Origin: Ophelia neglecta
Taxonomy: Eukaryota
Length of the DNA stretch: 64,000 bases
Assembly: GCA_965285935.1 (NCBI GenBank)
Contig: OZ260664.1
Span: 67,518,001 to 67,582,000 of the forward strand
Reading direction: 5' to 3'
Shown: positions 1 through 12,200 of the stretch, piece by piece
Layout: the number at the start of each line of letters is the position of its first letter
Numbering within the stretch: the first letter of the stretch is position 1
The notes under the pieces: model-generated
Told to the model about the DNA's origin: nothing
Database searches by the model: none
Seen by the model: only the letters and a program-made list of their open reading frames with translations
Program-made: the position numbers and the translations under genes

Positions 1-409
1 TCTATAGTGGTATAAAGGGAACACTACAACCTTGATTAGTTGACTTTATTTGGAATGTTGATTATTTGTTGTCGTATTTCAGAGACATTTGCCATGAGTT
101 GTTAGGCCATGTTCCCCTGTTTGCAGACCCCGTTTTCGCACAGTTTTCTCAAGAAATAGGACTTGCCAGTCTCGGGGCGCCGGACGAATACGTCGAAAAA
201 CTAGCCACAGTAGGAACCCCAAATACCTTTCCCAAGTAGTGAATGTATCCCCCATACATTTAAAAAGAAGGAGTATTCCACGATATAGCCTAAATATATT
301 TTTGCTATAACTATTATATCTTATTTGGCGATTTCCCTCTTTAAATGTATGGCTTGAAAATGTCATAAAAGAGTTTTTTGGGTTTTGGCATTGTGCTTTT
401 CTCCTACAG

Positions 410-505
410 TGTTACTGGTTCACCGTGGAGTTTGGGATATGCAGACAAAATGACGAATTGAAGGCTTTTGGTGCGGGACTACTTTCCTCGTTTGGAGAAC
501 TACAG
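410..505 (+). CDS. PAH: Phenylalanine-4-hydroxylase, internal exon (equivalent to vertebrate exon 10); gene begins upstream of the window
   Basis: Acceptor ctcctacAG at 408-409 and donor GTAAAG at 506. The 96 nt encode [32 protein letters not shown], the aromatic amino acid hydroxylase catalytic motif with the iron-ligand Glu of FTVEFG. The YWF Trp argues against TPH, which has YFF. Confidence 0.96.
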
Positions 506-781
506 GTAAAGTAGTAAAAGGACGACTATAAAGTCTTTTAAGAACAGCAATATTCTACGATTTATACTTCGATATTCCATCACCTCACTGTTCATTGTTT
601 TGAATCAAGTGTGCAATTAGTTACTCTTTTCCAAAATGTCAGTCGTGTACTATGTTCAATACTTCAGTGCAAAGTTTAGAACTTGACATATTTACGGTCA
701 ATTGTTTTTCTATATCTTCGCAAAATTATTCGTAACTTGAAGTATTTAATCTATTTTGTTTCTTGGTTAACCTTCTTGTAG

Positions 782-915
782 TATTGCTTGTCCGATAAAC
801 CGGAAGTCCGTGAGTTCGAACCGGCTAAAACTGCTGTTCAAGCTTATCCAATCACCGAGTTCCAGCCCGTTTACTTCGTGGCTGATAGTTTCGAGGATGC
901 CAAGGACAAAATGAA
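782..915 (+). CDS. PAH: Phenylalanine-4-hydroxylase, internal exon (vertebrate exon 11 equivalent)
   Basis: cttcttgtAG acceptor, GTAGGT donor, 134 nt, phase 0 to 2. Encodes YCLSDKPEVREFEPAKTAVQAYPITEFQPVYFVADSFEDAKDKM(K). YPITEFQP has a hydrophobic residue at the PAH V379 position rather than the Asp of tyrosine hydroxylase. Confidence 0.96.
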
Positions 916-1819
916 GTAGGTTTTTCTATCACACTGTGAACGCATATACATGTAACTACATGTATTTACAATTAAGGGAAAAAGTTCATCTAAGTTAAAA
1001 GAGCAATCTTTCAGGAAGTTGTTTCATTTACCAATTTGACAATCGACTTAGCCATCCAGCAGTGCTATTTATGCATTTTATCGCGCAATGAAATAGGTTA
1101 TTTTGTAATTTTAATGACTAAGATTATAAAGTTCTGATAGGTGACACTCAACTGGGTTTCGTATTTGGCTACCATTTCGTCAAGTCTACACGACGGCATT
1201 GAGTGATTATTTATCATTTATTTACCAAAATAACTTCTGGATAATATTGTATTAAAACGCATTGATAATTTCCTTTTGGTTGGAACGGCGAACTTATCCC
1301 CTTAAGTCAATTAAGCTGAGTCCATATCAAGTAAGAGAGGTTCCCTAAGGTCGCAAACTTAAAGGTCAACAGTGATCAGGGTAATGGTTAAAGCTGGAAA
1401 CGCAGTCGCTACACTTTAATTTTGAAGTTGATAATCAATAGTTGATGCAAAATTAAATATGTTGTTTCTTCATGTTGCCCTTCCATGCTTAGTGTTATTA
1501 TATAAATTTACGCAATTGTATTCCTGGTGTAAGCAATAAATCGTTTTATAGACTAGAGATGTATATGAATTTGTGATGATAACACTACTAACAAATATAT
1601 AAAAAAAATTCACAAAGAGTAGTGGCTCCACCAAGTGTGTAATTTTCGCTGTACCAGGTAAAGTATGTGTCTTGAATTATACACATGGTCTTTTTTCTGA
1701 ACATAATTCAATCTAATATTAATTGTTTTTTGTGCATCAGTTCTCGTAGAAATATATCACTATTCTAAACAACTAGTTGGGTAAATGTCTTATCGTCTGC
1801 TGATGTGTTATGTGTATAG

Positions 1820-1935
1820 GGCCTATGCATCGACGATCCCCCGCAAGTTCGGCGTTCGATACAACCCTTACACTCAGACTGTGGAAGTGCTGGACTCTGT
1901 TCATCAGATCGCAGATTTCTCCACGGACCTTAAAG
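1820..1935 (+). CDS. PAH: Phenylalanine-4-hydroxylase, internal exon (vertebrate exon 12 equivalent)
   Basis: tgtatAG acceptor, GTAAAT donor, 116 nt, phase 2 to 1. Encodes AYASTIPRKFGVRYNPYTQTVEVLDSVHQIADFSTDLK with the conserved RYNPYTQ motif. Lies within ORF 1785..2000. Confidence 0.95.
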
Positions 1936-2666
1936 GTAAATGTACATCCTGGATTAAATGCAAAACACATTGGAACCAACATATGAATTCTTATTTTTGA
2001 CCAAACCCTTAATATATACACACATAACATAAAACAGAAGCAAAAAAAGTATAATATTTGGTCTGGACTCCAACGTTAGTTTTCACTTTTTTGTTGGACG
2101 CCATCATATATATATTGAAACACTTTATGAACGCAAATAAACTTGATTCTTAACTTAATTAGTATAGTTAACACATGCATTCCACATTTACCTGAATGCA
2201 CACACAATAAATTAGAAATTAAGGTAATGTGTATAAATGAATTACTCCCATTCCACCCCAATAAAGAATAAAGAACCAATTTTTCTAGAAACCTTTGTCC
2301 GGGTTAAGACGTCATGAGTAGTATATATATAATGCATCAGATGAGTAGAGTTAATATCATAACTATGTGATACATATTTTGACCTAGTATTAAACAAAAG
2401 AACTAAAACACAAAAAACAAAGCAGGAATACAGCACAGCAAAATGTATTTTAAAACCACGGTCTGTGAAGATGAGAGCAGTAGACTTTTATTATTGCATT
2501 GATGGTATCGATAGCTATCAATTTGTTTTTAATATAACTTCATGAGACTCGTTCATACTGATTTTAGCCTGAATTAATGACAGGAAAAACCGTCGAAGGA
2601 AATCGAGTCGAAGTTTAAAATCATATTAATCTTTATGTATATATCAGTTGTTTTAAACATTTTCAG

Positions 2667-2725
2667 GTGAAATGGAAAGGCTTCAAGATTCCCTGAAGAA
2701 AATTTCAATGGCGACAGAGGCTTAA
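2667..2725 (+). CDS. PAH: Phenylalanine-4-hydroxylase, terminal coding exon (tetramerisation helix)
   Basis: cattttcAG acceptor, phase 1 compatible with the previous exon. Encodes (G)EMERLQDSLKKISMATEA* with TAA at 2723-2725. Confidence 0.88.
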
Positions 2726-3650
2726 TTGTACTTTTTGCGTACTCCGACTCGTGGCTTAATTTTGATCATTTTACTTTGAATTGCTTATATATCCTCCGAT
2801 GCGCCACTCCTTATAAACAGTCCTTAATATCCACCGATATCGGATTAAAATACAACGAAGAATAATACTATCTACAAGTAACTTCCAGTGTCTTTGTATG
2901 ATATACAGAACGCACACATTGAGAGATCGCGTGGAACCAAATTAGATGTAAAATTTAGCAGTCTGTGAAAATACGGAAGTCAATGGGATTCACAAGCATG
3001 ACATGGCATTTATCTATATATTTTACTGTACACGTACGTTGCATCTAAGAAGATAACAGTTCTTTTCTTACAATTGCATGATTGTTTGCTAATTGGGTGG
3101 CTAATTTTTAACTTAACACCATTTTTTCGTGGCTTATCAGGTATGTACCTTTTAAGAAAGCATATCATGGCGGCTGCTTGCTTATTGAGTCGTTTGCTGA
3201 CTCAATAATTGGTACCTGTTATATTAAACAGAATCTTCTTAACAATTAAACCATCTTCACTTTAAATCCGAGACACGGGCAAAGCAGACCAGGGCACTAA
3301 GTAGGGGGTTCAAAACTTTTTGTGGTGACGAAATTAGGTTGGAGCCGAGCAAGGGTTCAGTGGAATTCATACAATTATATCAAGGAATACTAACGTTATT
3401 ATTTGTGCTTTTTCATCATCTTCGGAAAATGACTGTCGCACACGAAGATTGTCAATATCATAGCATGACTATTACGTAAATTTAACTAATACATTTTTTG
3501 TTAACATAATAAAGCATGACTGTTGTGACTAACAGTACCTTTAAAATATTGTTGCTACAAAAAGAATTACATTTTGTATTTTTTTCGTCGTTATATACAC
3601 TGAGCAAGACTATTCTTTGTCATATATACTCTCAGAGATTTGACTGTAGC

Positions 3651-3755
3651 TATGAAACATTTCATTTAAAGGTTGTTATTAATACTATGAACAATTCCAA
3701 TTAATAGTTGTTATTAATATTTGAAACATTTCAATTAAAAGTTGTTATTAATAAA
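3651..3755. repeat. Degenerate 34-35 bp tandem repeat, 3 copies
   Basis: GTTGTTATTAATA recurs at 3672, 3707 and 3741, each preceded by a tgaa(a)cattt-like segment. Confidence 0.8.
3750..3755 (+). terminator. Probable polyadenylation signal of PAH (3' UTR ~1 kb)
   Basis: AATAAA followed ~25 nt later by a GT/T-rich tract (gctttgcttgttttctgtgtcttggtgt). Confidence 0.55.
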
Positions 3756-6059
3756 TGTATATATTTATATATTAATGCGTGCTTTGCTTGTTTTCTGTGT
3801 CTTGGTGTACTGGACCGCGCGTGTTATACCCGTTAATCCGAGGAAGTTGTCCATTTGAATCCAGAGAAATATATTTCTGATCACTCGTATTTCAGCTATC
3901 GTAAGCATTTGAACTTCTCCTCAAGAACTTCATTTTCGAGCAATAGTCAGTGTTCTTCTTTTCTCACCATATTTGACGTCAACATATTACGTTAATTGTT
4001 TTCACTTAAGGTAATATATTGTGTTAATTGTTTTCATTAACATTCGTTCGTGTAGCTTCCTCGATGCAGATGTCATAAATAGTTGCCAAATTAGTGAAAT
4101 TAATATAGTTAGTGTCTATAGCAAGAAAGGTACAGTTTTGATCAATCATATATATCAAATATTCAGAGCGATCTGAAATTGTAAATAAGAACTACGTTTA
4201 GGGTGATGGTGAATATTCTTCTTTTTCTGAACATAGTTAGGTGTTTTAACTTTTCAATTTCCGATTGGTCTTATTTTGGTAACCTATGGCGTGTGGCATT
4301 CATCATGATGGGTACCTCAACAATTGGGAAGTCCTACTTTCATTTTTTAATGTCACAACGTCATTTTGAACAGTTTGAAAAACTGTATTCTGAATTCGAT
4401 TTGTTTATAGAGAAACTCGTATAAAATATAGTTAGATTTACAAGGCTGTATAAGGTTAAATACATACCAAATAAGCTATCACAAGTGTACAATATCTAAT
4501 GCATGGGATAATAAACATGACAAAACTAATAATTATGTGTAATCAAGTATGTGAAATATTGTTTGGTCAAGCAGCTTTGAAGATAGTAGTTTACAGCAAT
4601 TGTTATGATGGTACTGGCATGGTATTGAATTAGACTTTTATGTGTACGATTCTTTTCTTCGATGACCTTTTTTCTATAAAAATCCAAGGTTTGGGTATCA
4701 AGGAAATTATTATTGAAGTAAAACAAATATAAGACCATGACTACGTATCTAAATCATTCATCGGATAATATCCGTACGAGGAGTAGCCGTCCAAACTTTG
4801 GTGTACAGAATTTGTCGGATTGACCTTGCATATACTAGAAAGTTCCTTTCCAAAAAAGACTTTCTTAATTTTGAATGACCATCAAGCTCGGGTTTGAAAG
4901 AAAATAAAAGTTTCTACTAAAGTGATGCGACAATTTGAGGACGTGTATGCAATTTTTTCCGGCGTGTACGGAATTAGACCCTTACTCATATAGTTTTCGT
5001 TAGGATTGAAAATATGTTTATACACTCAATGATGTTCCGTAAATTACAAAAAAAGATGTTTTATGAAAAAATTGTGCTTGTGTTTGTAAAGCGCATGCGC
5101 ATATGGCCCCAACCTTAGAGCGAAATTAATTGATCACTCAAAACTACTACAGTCTGCTTTAGTGCGAATATATTATTTGAAGAAATACAATTGATTCTGT
5201 AAAAAGTGAACATATCAAAAAAGAGTCACCGCTTGTGATTTACGGTATTTTGTATTGAGGGAAAATTTAAATCATCAGATGGCACAAGCCTTCAAAATAT
5301 GTGAAAAATTTATGTGTAAACATATAGTTATCTGTCTATATTGTAAAAGGCTATGGTTTCTGCTCCAAACTTCCGAGAACATGGGTTTTCATTGCTGCAA
5401 TACTCAGAGGAAAGAGCTGGTTATCGTTTTGTTTCCTCGGCGACACAGTTGTTGCTCTCCTGGTCGGGGATGGGGTGACTAGCACTCGGATCCATATGAG
5501 AAAGGGACGCTGACTGCTCCACTCGCCACTGGCTCCACTGGTTCCACTAACCACTGGCTCCACTTTCCACCAGAAAGGAATATATACTTATACTGCTTAA
5601 CTTCTTCAATGAGGGAATTGGTTATGGCTCGGATTCATTTGAGCAACATTTCACTGTTCTTCCACTTCCTAGGGTGGCTTATTGCTGCTTACTAATCCCC
5701 TGTTATAATTACGCTACCTTCCATATAGCGGGTGATTCCTTCACCAGTCTCACGAGAAAATAAAGTACGTGTGCAAGTCTAATCGACAATTACTTTTACT
5801 GGTCTTAAATTTTCCATTTAAATATTTATTGGTCACGACCCGGTCCACTGTTAACAAAACATAGTTATGTAGTATCACGCGTAGTTTTCAGAGCACCCCC
5901 TGTACTGTAGTTAGTCATATTAGGCCTAACATTGACTTATAAAGCCATAGTAGTCTATTGTCGCTCAAGTTTGTGGTCTATTGTTTCAGATAGATAGTTT
6001 GTTAATGAAAGGAAAGTATGCAAATAATTGACACCTACATAATGTATTACAGTCGCCGT

Positions 6060-6398
6060 TTTCACCAATAAGATTGACATATAGATAGTTGATATTTGTA
6101 GAGTATACATAATTTCCTACTGGTTGAGTGGCGCCGACTGGTGAGACTTGTCGATTGGTGCAGTGCGGTATTGACACAGGTCGGTTGGGATCGTGGCGCG
6201 TGAACACATACTGTCGTCTGCTTTGTGCTTGTGTGATCAGTCTGCTGCCACAACACCTGGCTGTGACCTGTCAAGGATAACGTATCCCTGTTGTGTGGCT
6301 GCACTGCTAACAGTTCTTCGTTCAAAATCACGACAAATATTAAGGACTAACAAGAAGTCAACGGATGTATTACCTGAACATTTACATCTCAGGTGAGT
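6060..6398 (+). promoter_or_regulatory. Candidate promoter and non-coding first exon ending at a consensus donor
   Basis: Locally GC/CpG-richer segment with CCAAT (~6065) and reverse CCAAT (ATTGG ~6154), ending at CAG|GTGAGT (6392/6393). No convincing ORF. Confidence 0.35.
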
Positions 6399-9300
6399 GC
6401 AACATAATTTTAAGGTAAAAACGTATACAACGTTCAAGTCGGAGATAACGGATTTCTCTTTGAAGAAGGCCCTGACTGCTTCTCATTGGACAGCTGAGCT
6501 GTCGTAAAAGTGTACGTCTTGATATAGATATATTTCGTTTATCTCGCTATACGTAGTCTAAGCATGGTTAGTGGGCCAATAATTATTGTTTCAGATATTA
6601 TTTAATGAGTTCACCGTATTTCTGTACTGTGTGTGTCATTACCGAACTAGAAGTGACCTTTTCGGGATACTGTGCCTTCAAATATGATGTTGATCAGCCA
6701 GGCTGACATGCCGTGTCGAGGCTGCAGCCGAAGGCGGTTAAGGCTGTCCATGTTTCTTACAATGGTTGACTTGGTCTTAGTGTAACGCTTAACCAGACAT
6801 CATGAATTATGACAGCAAGTTGGTTAGGTTTCTCTGTTGACTAAAACAAGATAAATTCACCGCCTAACACTGCTTCAGTTGACTTTGATCAGTCGATTGA
6901 TTAGTAAACCCAAAACAGTAGGTACAATGTACACGAACTGACATGAGACAGAAAAGTCAAAAGAAAATTATGCATTATAACAATTTGGTGTATACATATA
7001 ATATAAATATACCTGTTTCCAGTTTGCTACAGTTTATCTAATGTTCTGCACCAACATGCCACTTTAAAACTCGCTGGTTCCATTTATGTATTGCCGTTCA
7101 CGCAGACTTGAATGTGTTTACCTGTTGATAGGGTTTTATCGAGTACTAATGTTTTACAATTTATATGCTAAGAGTGTTTTACCAAATCGTTAAGAACACA
7201 TCATATTAGGTCTGTTATGACGGTTTCTTTACAATGACTGTCTCCTTTACTGAATAGGCTGCAGAGAGCCTATTCTAATTACAAAGATAAAACTTCGGTC
7301 TGTCGCAAGGATGTCAGTTTGAAATTATGCCCCAGGCTAAAAATATTGTAATATTTGTGGATGTTCAAATGCAAGCATCGCCGGTGATACCTATGAAAAT
7401 TGGCGGCGATCGAGGGACTAAAATGTTGCATATTCATTCTTTTTCCCATCAACCTTGGCAGGTCGTGCATTAAACATATGATTATATGCAGTTCCACGTT
7501 TAATTGGCACATATATGCATAGACCAAACGGTATTTATTGGTCGTCGATCTGTAAGTACCTTACGGTGTACAGCTATGCACTACTGAAGTGGTTTGTGAT
7601 TGCTATCTGCTGGTGAGTGTACGAGTGAGTGAGTGGCTGGTATTTAACTGGTGTTACCTTCTTACAGGAGATGACCTCAACACACTTTTTATGGTATCAC
7701 ACACCATAAATGTCAGCACATCGCTGGTGTACCATACATATGAATATTAATTACCTCCACATTTAAATATAATACAGACGTCTTCCATAGGCCATGGCTG
7801 ACACTTAAATAGCCGAATAAATTTGTGATATAAGACTGACTAGCTTATTACATATAAAGAGGGTTTCCTATACACAAAGTAATAGCACTTTAAAAGAGGT
7901 TTATCTTTGGCGGACGTGGTTTGTTTTTAATAGCGATACCAGACCGACATAGGTACTTTAACCATGTACGTTAATAACTTATAATTTTGTTGCATGTAAA
8001 AATGAAATACATTATAACTTTTTTGTCAAACGTAGTGCGGGTGAATTATTATAGAAAGCGGGATTTTGAATGAGTAATATCCTAATTTTATTTGGGAAAA
8101 GACCCGATATAACTATGTTAATTGGCTCAGTGCATGAACTGGTGCAAAGGAGGGTAAGGACCATTGACGTACGAAGAAAATATTTCGGGTACGAGAGGTA
8201 TTCGTTATCTGGAGAATGAGACATTGAAAACGCTCTCGTTTTGGCGAATCCGTTGAAATAATACAAACATAACAGAAAGCAAAGCAGGACCCCCTCGGGC
8301 TGTCTGTGTTAACACAATCCCTGTCAATAAATTATCAAAATGGTGAAAACTTCAGTGAACTTAAGCCAATATGCATGCACTCTCAACATCTTACTGGAGA
8401 AGACACACTTGACCTATAACTTTTATCCATTTTGTTCAAGTCCCTGTCTTCATTCCCACAATGCTTTCAAAACCAGACAATGCTGCTGACGGACTGGGTT
8501 AATTATAAGGGCAACACAACCATTTATTTTGGTTTACCTGAACTGCGGGCCATCATGCAAATGACCATGTTCAACTATTTTGTTAGCCTGAATGTTATCA
8601 TGTGAATATAAGTACACCGTAATTTTGTCCACCGAAGGACAATACTTATTATATATCAACAGCTGATTTACCCATCCTCCATGCTCTCTCATTGTGGGAG
8701 TTGGCTTGCCACTATTAGGCATAACTATTACAACTTTGTTTGTTCCTTATGGGAAAATAGCGGGATGGTGTTGTACCGCAGATTAACAAGGCATATGATA
8801 ACTGCCATTGTGTCCCGCGTATTAATCCTCAAATCAACATGGACAGTGACACAGCTGCCTCTATTGATGCATGCCGTTTTGATTTGTGAACAGCCTGTAA
8901 ATATTCAAGCTCAGTTGGAATACGGTAGCCGTCTGGCCATCAAAGACCAACCGACAACATCGACAAAGGTTGTAAAACTGCCCCAATCCCATAAAGTTTG
9001 ATATCCAGCATCAGTGGTGCGATTGGCTTGTTGTCTACTTAAACATGATACGAGTCAAGCGTTCTACATGGATTTCGTGGTAGTTTGTTGCGTAATTTGC
9101 GCTAATAATGAGATTAGTACTTGACTTTATCGTTTTAGCAAGAAGCGTGTTCATTTACATGTACATAAGTTTCACCGTCCATATCCGGGAAACTCTCATT
9201 CAGGCTATATTCAGCCAGCATGACTCCATCGTGTCTTTACAGCGGGTTTGAATCCTGTGAACACATGTCATGCAAAACAATGGATGTTAAACGCCGAAAT

Positions 9301-9512
9301 GGCCTTTATATAAATCAGCAATAAAACTGCAGATTTTCCACAATAGGCCACTCTTCGGCCATCCCCGCCTCTCCCTCGCCAAAAACCGGTTCCCTGGACA
9401 CATCTACAATGGTAGTATCTATAATATAATAGCCTACCCTGGGTAATTTTCATTCAGGGTCCCGAAGGGGAGGAGAGTTGATGGATGGCGGCCTTTGACT
9501 CAACTAGCCATG

Positions 9513-9775
9513 TTAAGGGACGTGCCATTCGCCAAAGGGGACCGGGGGGGGGGGGGGGGAGGCTTGATGATTTATTACGAATAGAATGTTAGTCAGGGAT
9601 ATTTTCAAGGAAAAAAATTGTTTCCAAACTCATGAAAGTGCCAGGAGTTTTGAGACAAATTTTGAAAATAAACTTCGCGTTCGTTTTTCGATATAGACTG
9701 AAGAGCAAAAGTTTGTAAGAAGGTAGCCCCCCCCCCCCCCCCCCACCCTCCAGATATCTAATGGTGCTTTCCTTA
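9513..9775. mobile_element. MITE-like element with G-tract/C-tract subterminal inverted repeats (PIF/Harbinger-like ends)
   Basis: Left end ttaagggacgtgccatt...(G)n. The right end reverse-complements to taaggaaagcaccattagatatctggagggt(G)n. Non-coding AT-rich interior, TAA/TTA at the boundaries. Confidence 0.55.
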
Positions 9776-12049
9776 GAATTTGAATAAACCAAATTATCGG
9801 ACCATAGAGTAAGCATGCTCTTTCATGTCATTAACGCAACATGACAAACACTTTTTTGGCAACTTTTTCATTTTTGAAACAGCATTATTGCGTCAACAGC
9901 TATACCACTTTGCATTATGTACATAATAAAAATTGACAGTATGCCTGAATTCCACCCTAAACAACTGAAAATAATCGGCTTTGTAGAGCAGACTATTTCC
10001 GAGTTAGTACATAATTTAGTACCTGTGTTGACATATCGGGTTGCACTTGATCATCAATTTTGTAGTCAGTCGCATTATATCAACTTATGAGTTTTATAAG
10101 TTTTCTTTTTCATACCGACACAAAAGCATGTGGATGACTCATTTTGTGTGTAGGCAATATTACAAGCCTGGCCGTAGAGTATATAGTCGCAACGTGGCCA
10201 ATGAAAATTATATTGCTAGACATCGGCCTACTATGTATATATTATGTCCCTTGCATTATCCATTTATATACATATATATATTGTCTGTATCATCTGCAAT
10301 AAATGTAGACAATTATTAACGCTTCTGCTATTGATAGTAAGAGCCCGTTATGCTCACATACGGTGCTGGTCAATTGAAAATTTCACATAGAAGTTGGAGC
10401 GCTAAAATTTAATTGCTTTATATAATTGTCATATATATTTGAAGTTTATATATATAACTGGTACTAAGTATAGCCATCTGTGTTTGGAAGGCTGATGATT
10501 ACAATGTTTACGTTCTGAAATTAAAGTCATTGTCTAAAGTACTAATGATCAATATCATATTAAAATGTTTTGAATATTGTAACCGTTAACATTATTGTAT
10601 ATTGGCCTATAAATAATCCTTTCGCTGATAGACCTTAATATTAAAGTCTTCGACTGGTTAATTGCAAGTACCCAGTCTCGGTTTATAGACAATTGAAACA
10701 TTGTATTATCACTCTTGTCAGATACGCCAACTCGACAGCTATGCTCGACCCTAGTTATCATTCTGTAAACACCTAAACAACCTTATCTTTGTGTAGTATG
10801 TATCTGTAACCCAGTTTTTCGGCCACTTCGCCCCCCCCCCTTCCAAATACATGTAAATCCTTGGGGGTTAAGCTTATAAATAATGTGTACGTACATGTAC
10901 TTATTCATGGTGGTTATCTCAGATGTCTGCCAGGTTTTTTGCTGTAACTCTATTAATCTCTTAAAAGGCAAAATTGTGTAATCCGTTTACTTTATATTTA
11001 ATTTAGGCGGATGTAAAGCCAGTAAATACTGTCCGAATATAATCGCCAGCTTTATTATTATAACAAGATAAGAGCAGATAGTTCTCCCTAGATATATTAT
11101 CTTTCACATGTTTCAGATGTGGAGTTCATCTGGTGCGATTAGGTTGGCTACCCGTATTGTTGTTTGATCATTTAAGCGCGTTAATTTGATGGCTTCAATT
11201 GTTCTTGAACCCTCTCCATTCTGACCGACCCTCGCTGAAAGCAGCATGATGCTCAAGCAAATGTGTAACCGCTACTTATCAACGACATCACGCCATATTC
11301 CGTTAAATTGATTTAACATCGCCTGGCTTCATTTACATTTACCGGTACAATATTTTACGTACTCTGGGTAGCAGCTATTGTTTGCCCCTAAAGTATGGCC
11401 TGATCAATTTACTCTTGGGAAAAAGATACCGGGTGGTATTGGGTAAAATGGATGTTTGATTATTACATGTAATATTGGTCCTGTTGAAGCTTTGGCGATG
11501 TGTGTATTTTTACCAGTCTATTGTGAATCTTCTTTGTAAATCAAAGCATATTCGGGCGTTCGTAGCTGTTAGTTAACAGCATGCTCTTCGTCTGCGGCAA
11601 AGGACCAGGGAGCGAAGGCCAATAGGTGACTGGAATTCTTGTATTGTCAATATCCAAAACCGAGCTTTTATCCATAGAATAGCATTGTATGTGAAGTGGC
11701 TTAGCCTTTTTTCTGACTGAAGAGATACAAGTAAAATGGTGAAAAAAGCCCAATAGTGTCATTACAAAATATGGGACCGAAATTTACATCACCGCATGGT
11801 GTCACCGCGGAATTACACTATAACAGTGGTGTGGACCTTCATTAGTACTGTCCCCAATAAGTTTTGAGGTTATTGGCACATATGGCAATGAAATGTATGC
11901 TATGCAACAGAAACAGATTACTTTTTAGAAAAACATCATCTGCATTATATGATTTCTAATGCATGCTGAAAATAAGCCAATTTTAGCCGACACACACCCT
12001 GAGTTACAGTCCTACATTGTGCCTACAGCGTGCCTATCCTACCCTGCCT

Positions 12050-12200
12050 AAACACCAGCTTGCTCCAATTCGCTGAGTAGCAGGCCTAAATGGTGTCAAC
12101 ACTGCCTTGCTCCAATATTCTTGGATAGCAGCCCTACTGTCTCCCTACACTATCTTGATCCAATACCCCGAGGTACATCCCTCTATGATAACCCCTAAAC
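12050..12200. repeat. Degenerate ~48-bp tandem repeat, ~3 copies
   Basis: acac...cttgctccaat...tagcag-ccta motif recurs (aacaccagcttgctccaat, aacactgccttgctccaat, acactatcttgatccaat). Confidence 0.6.

Noticed and set aside
9235-9262. tRNA or tRNA-derived SINE (B-box-like GGGTTTGAATCC)
   Set aside because: No A-box at the proper spacing and no cloverleaf.
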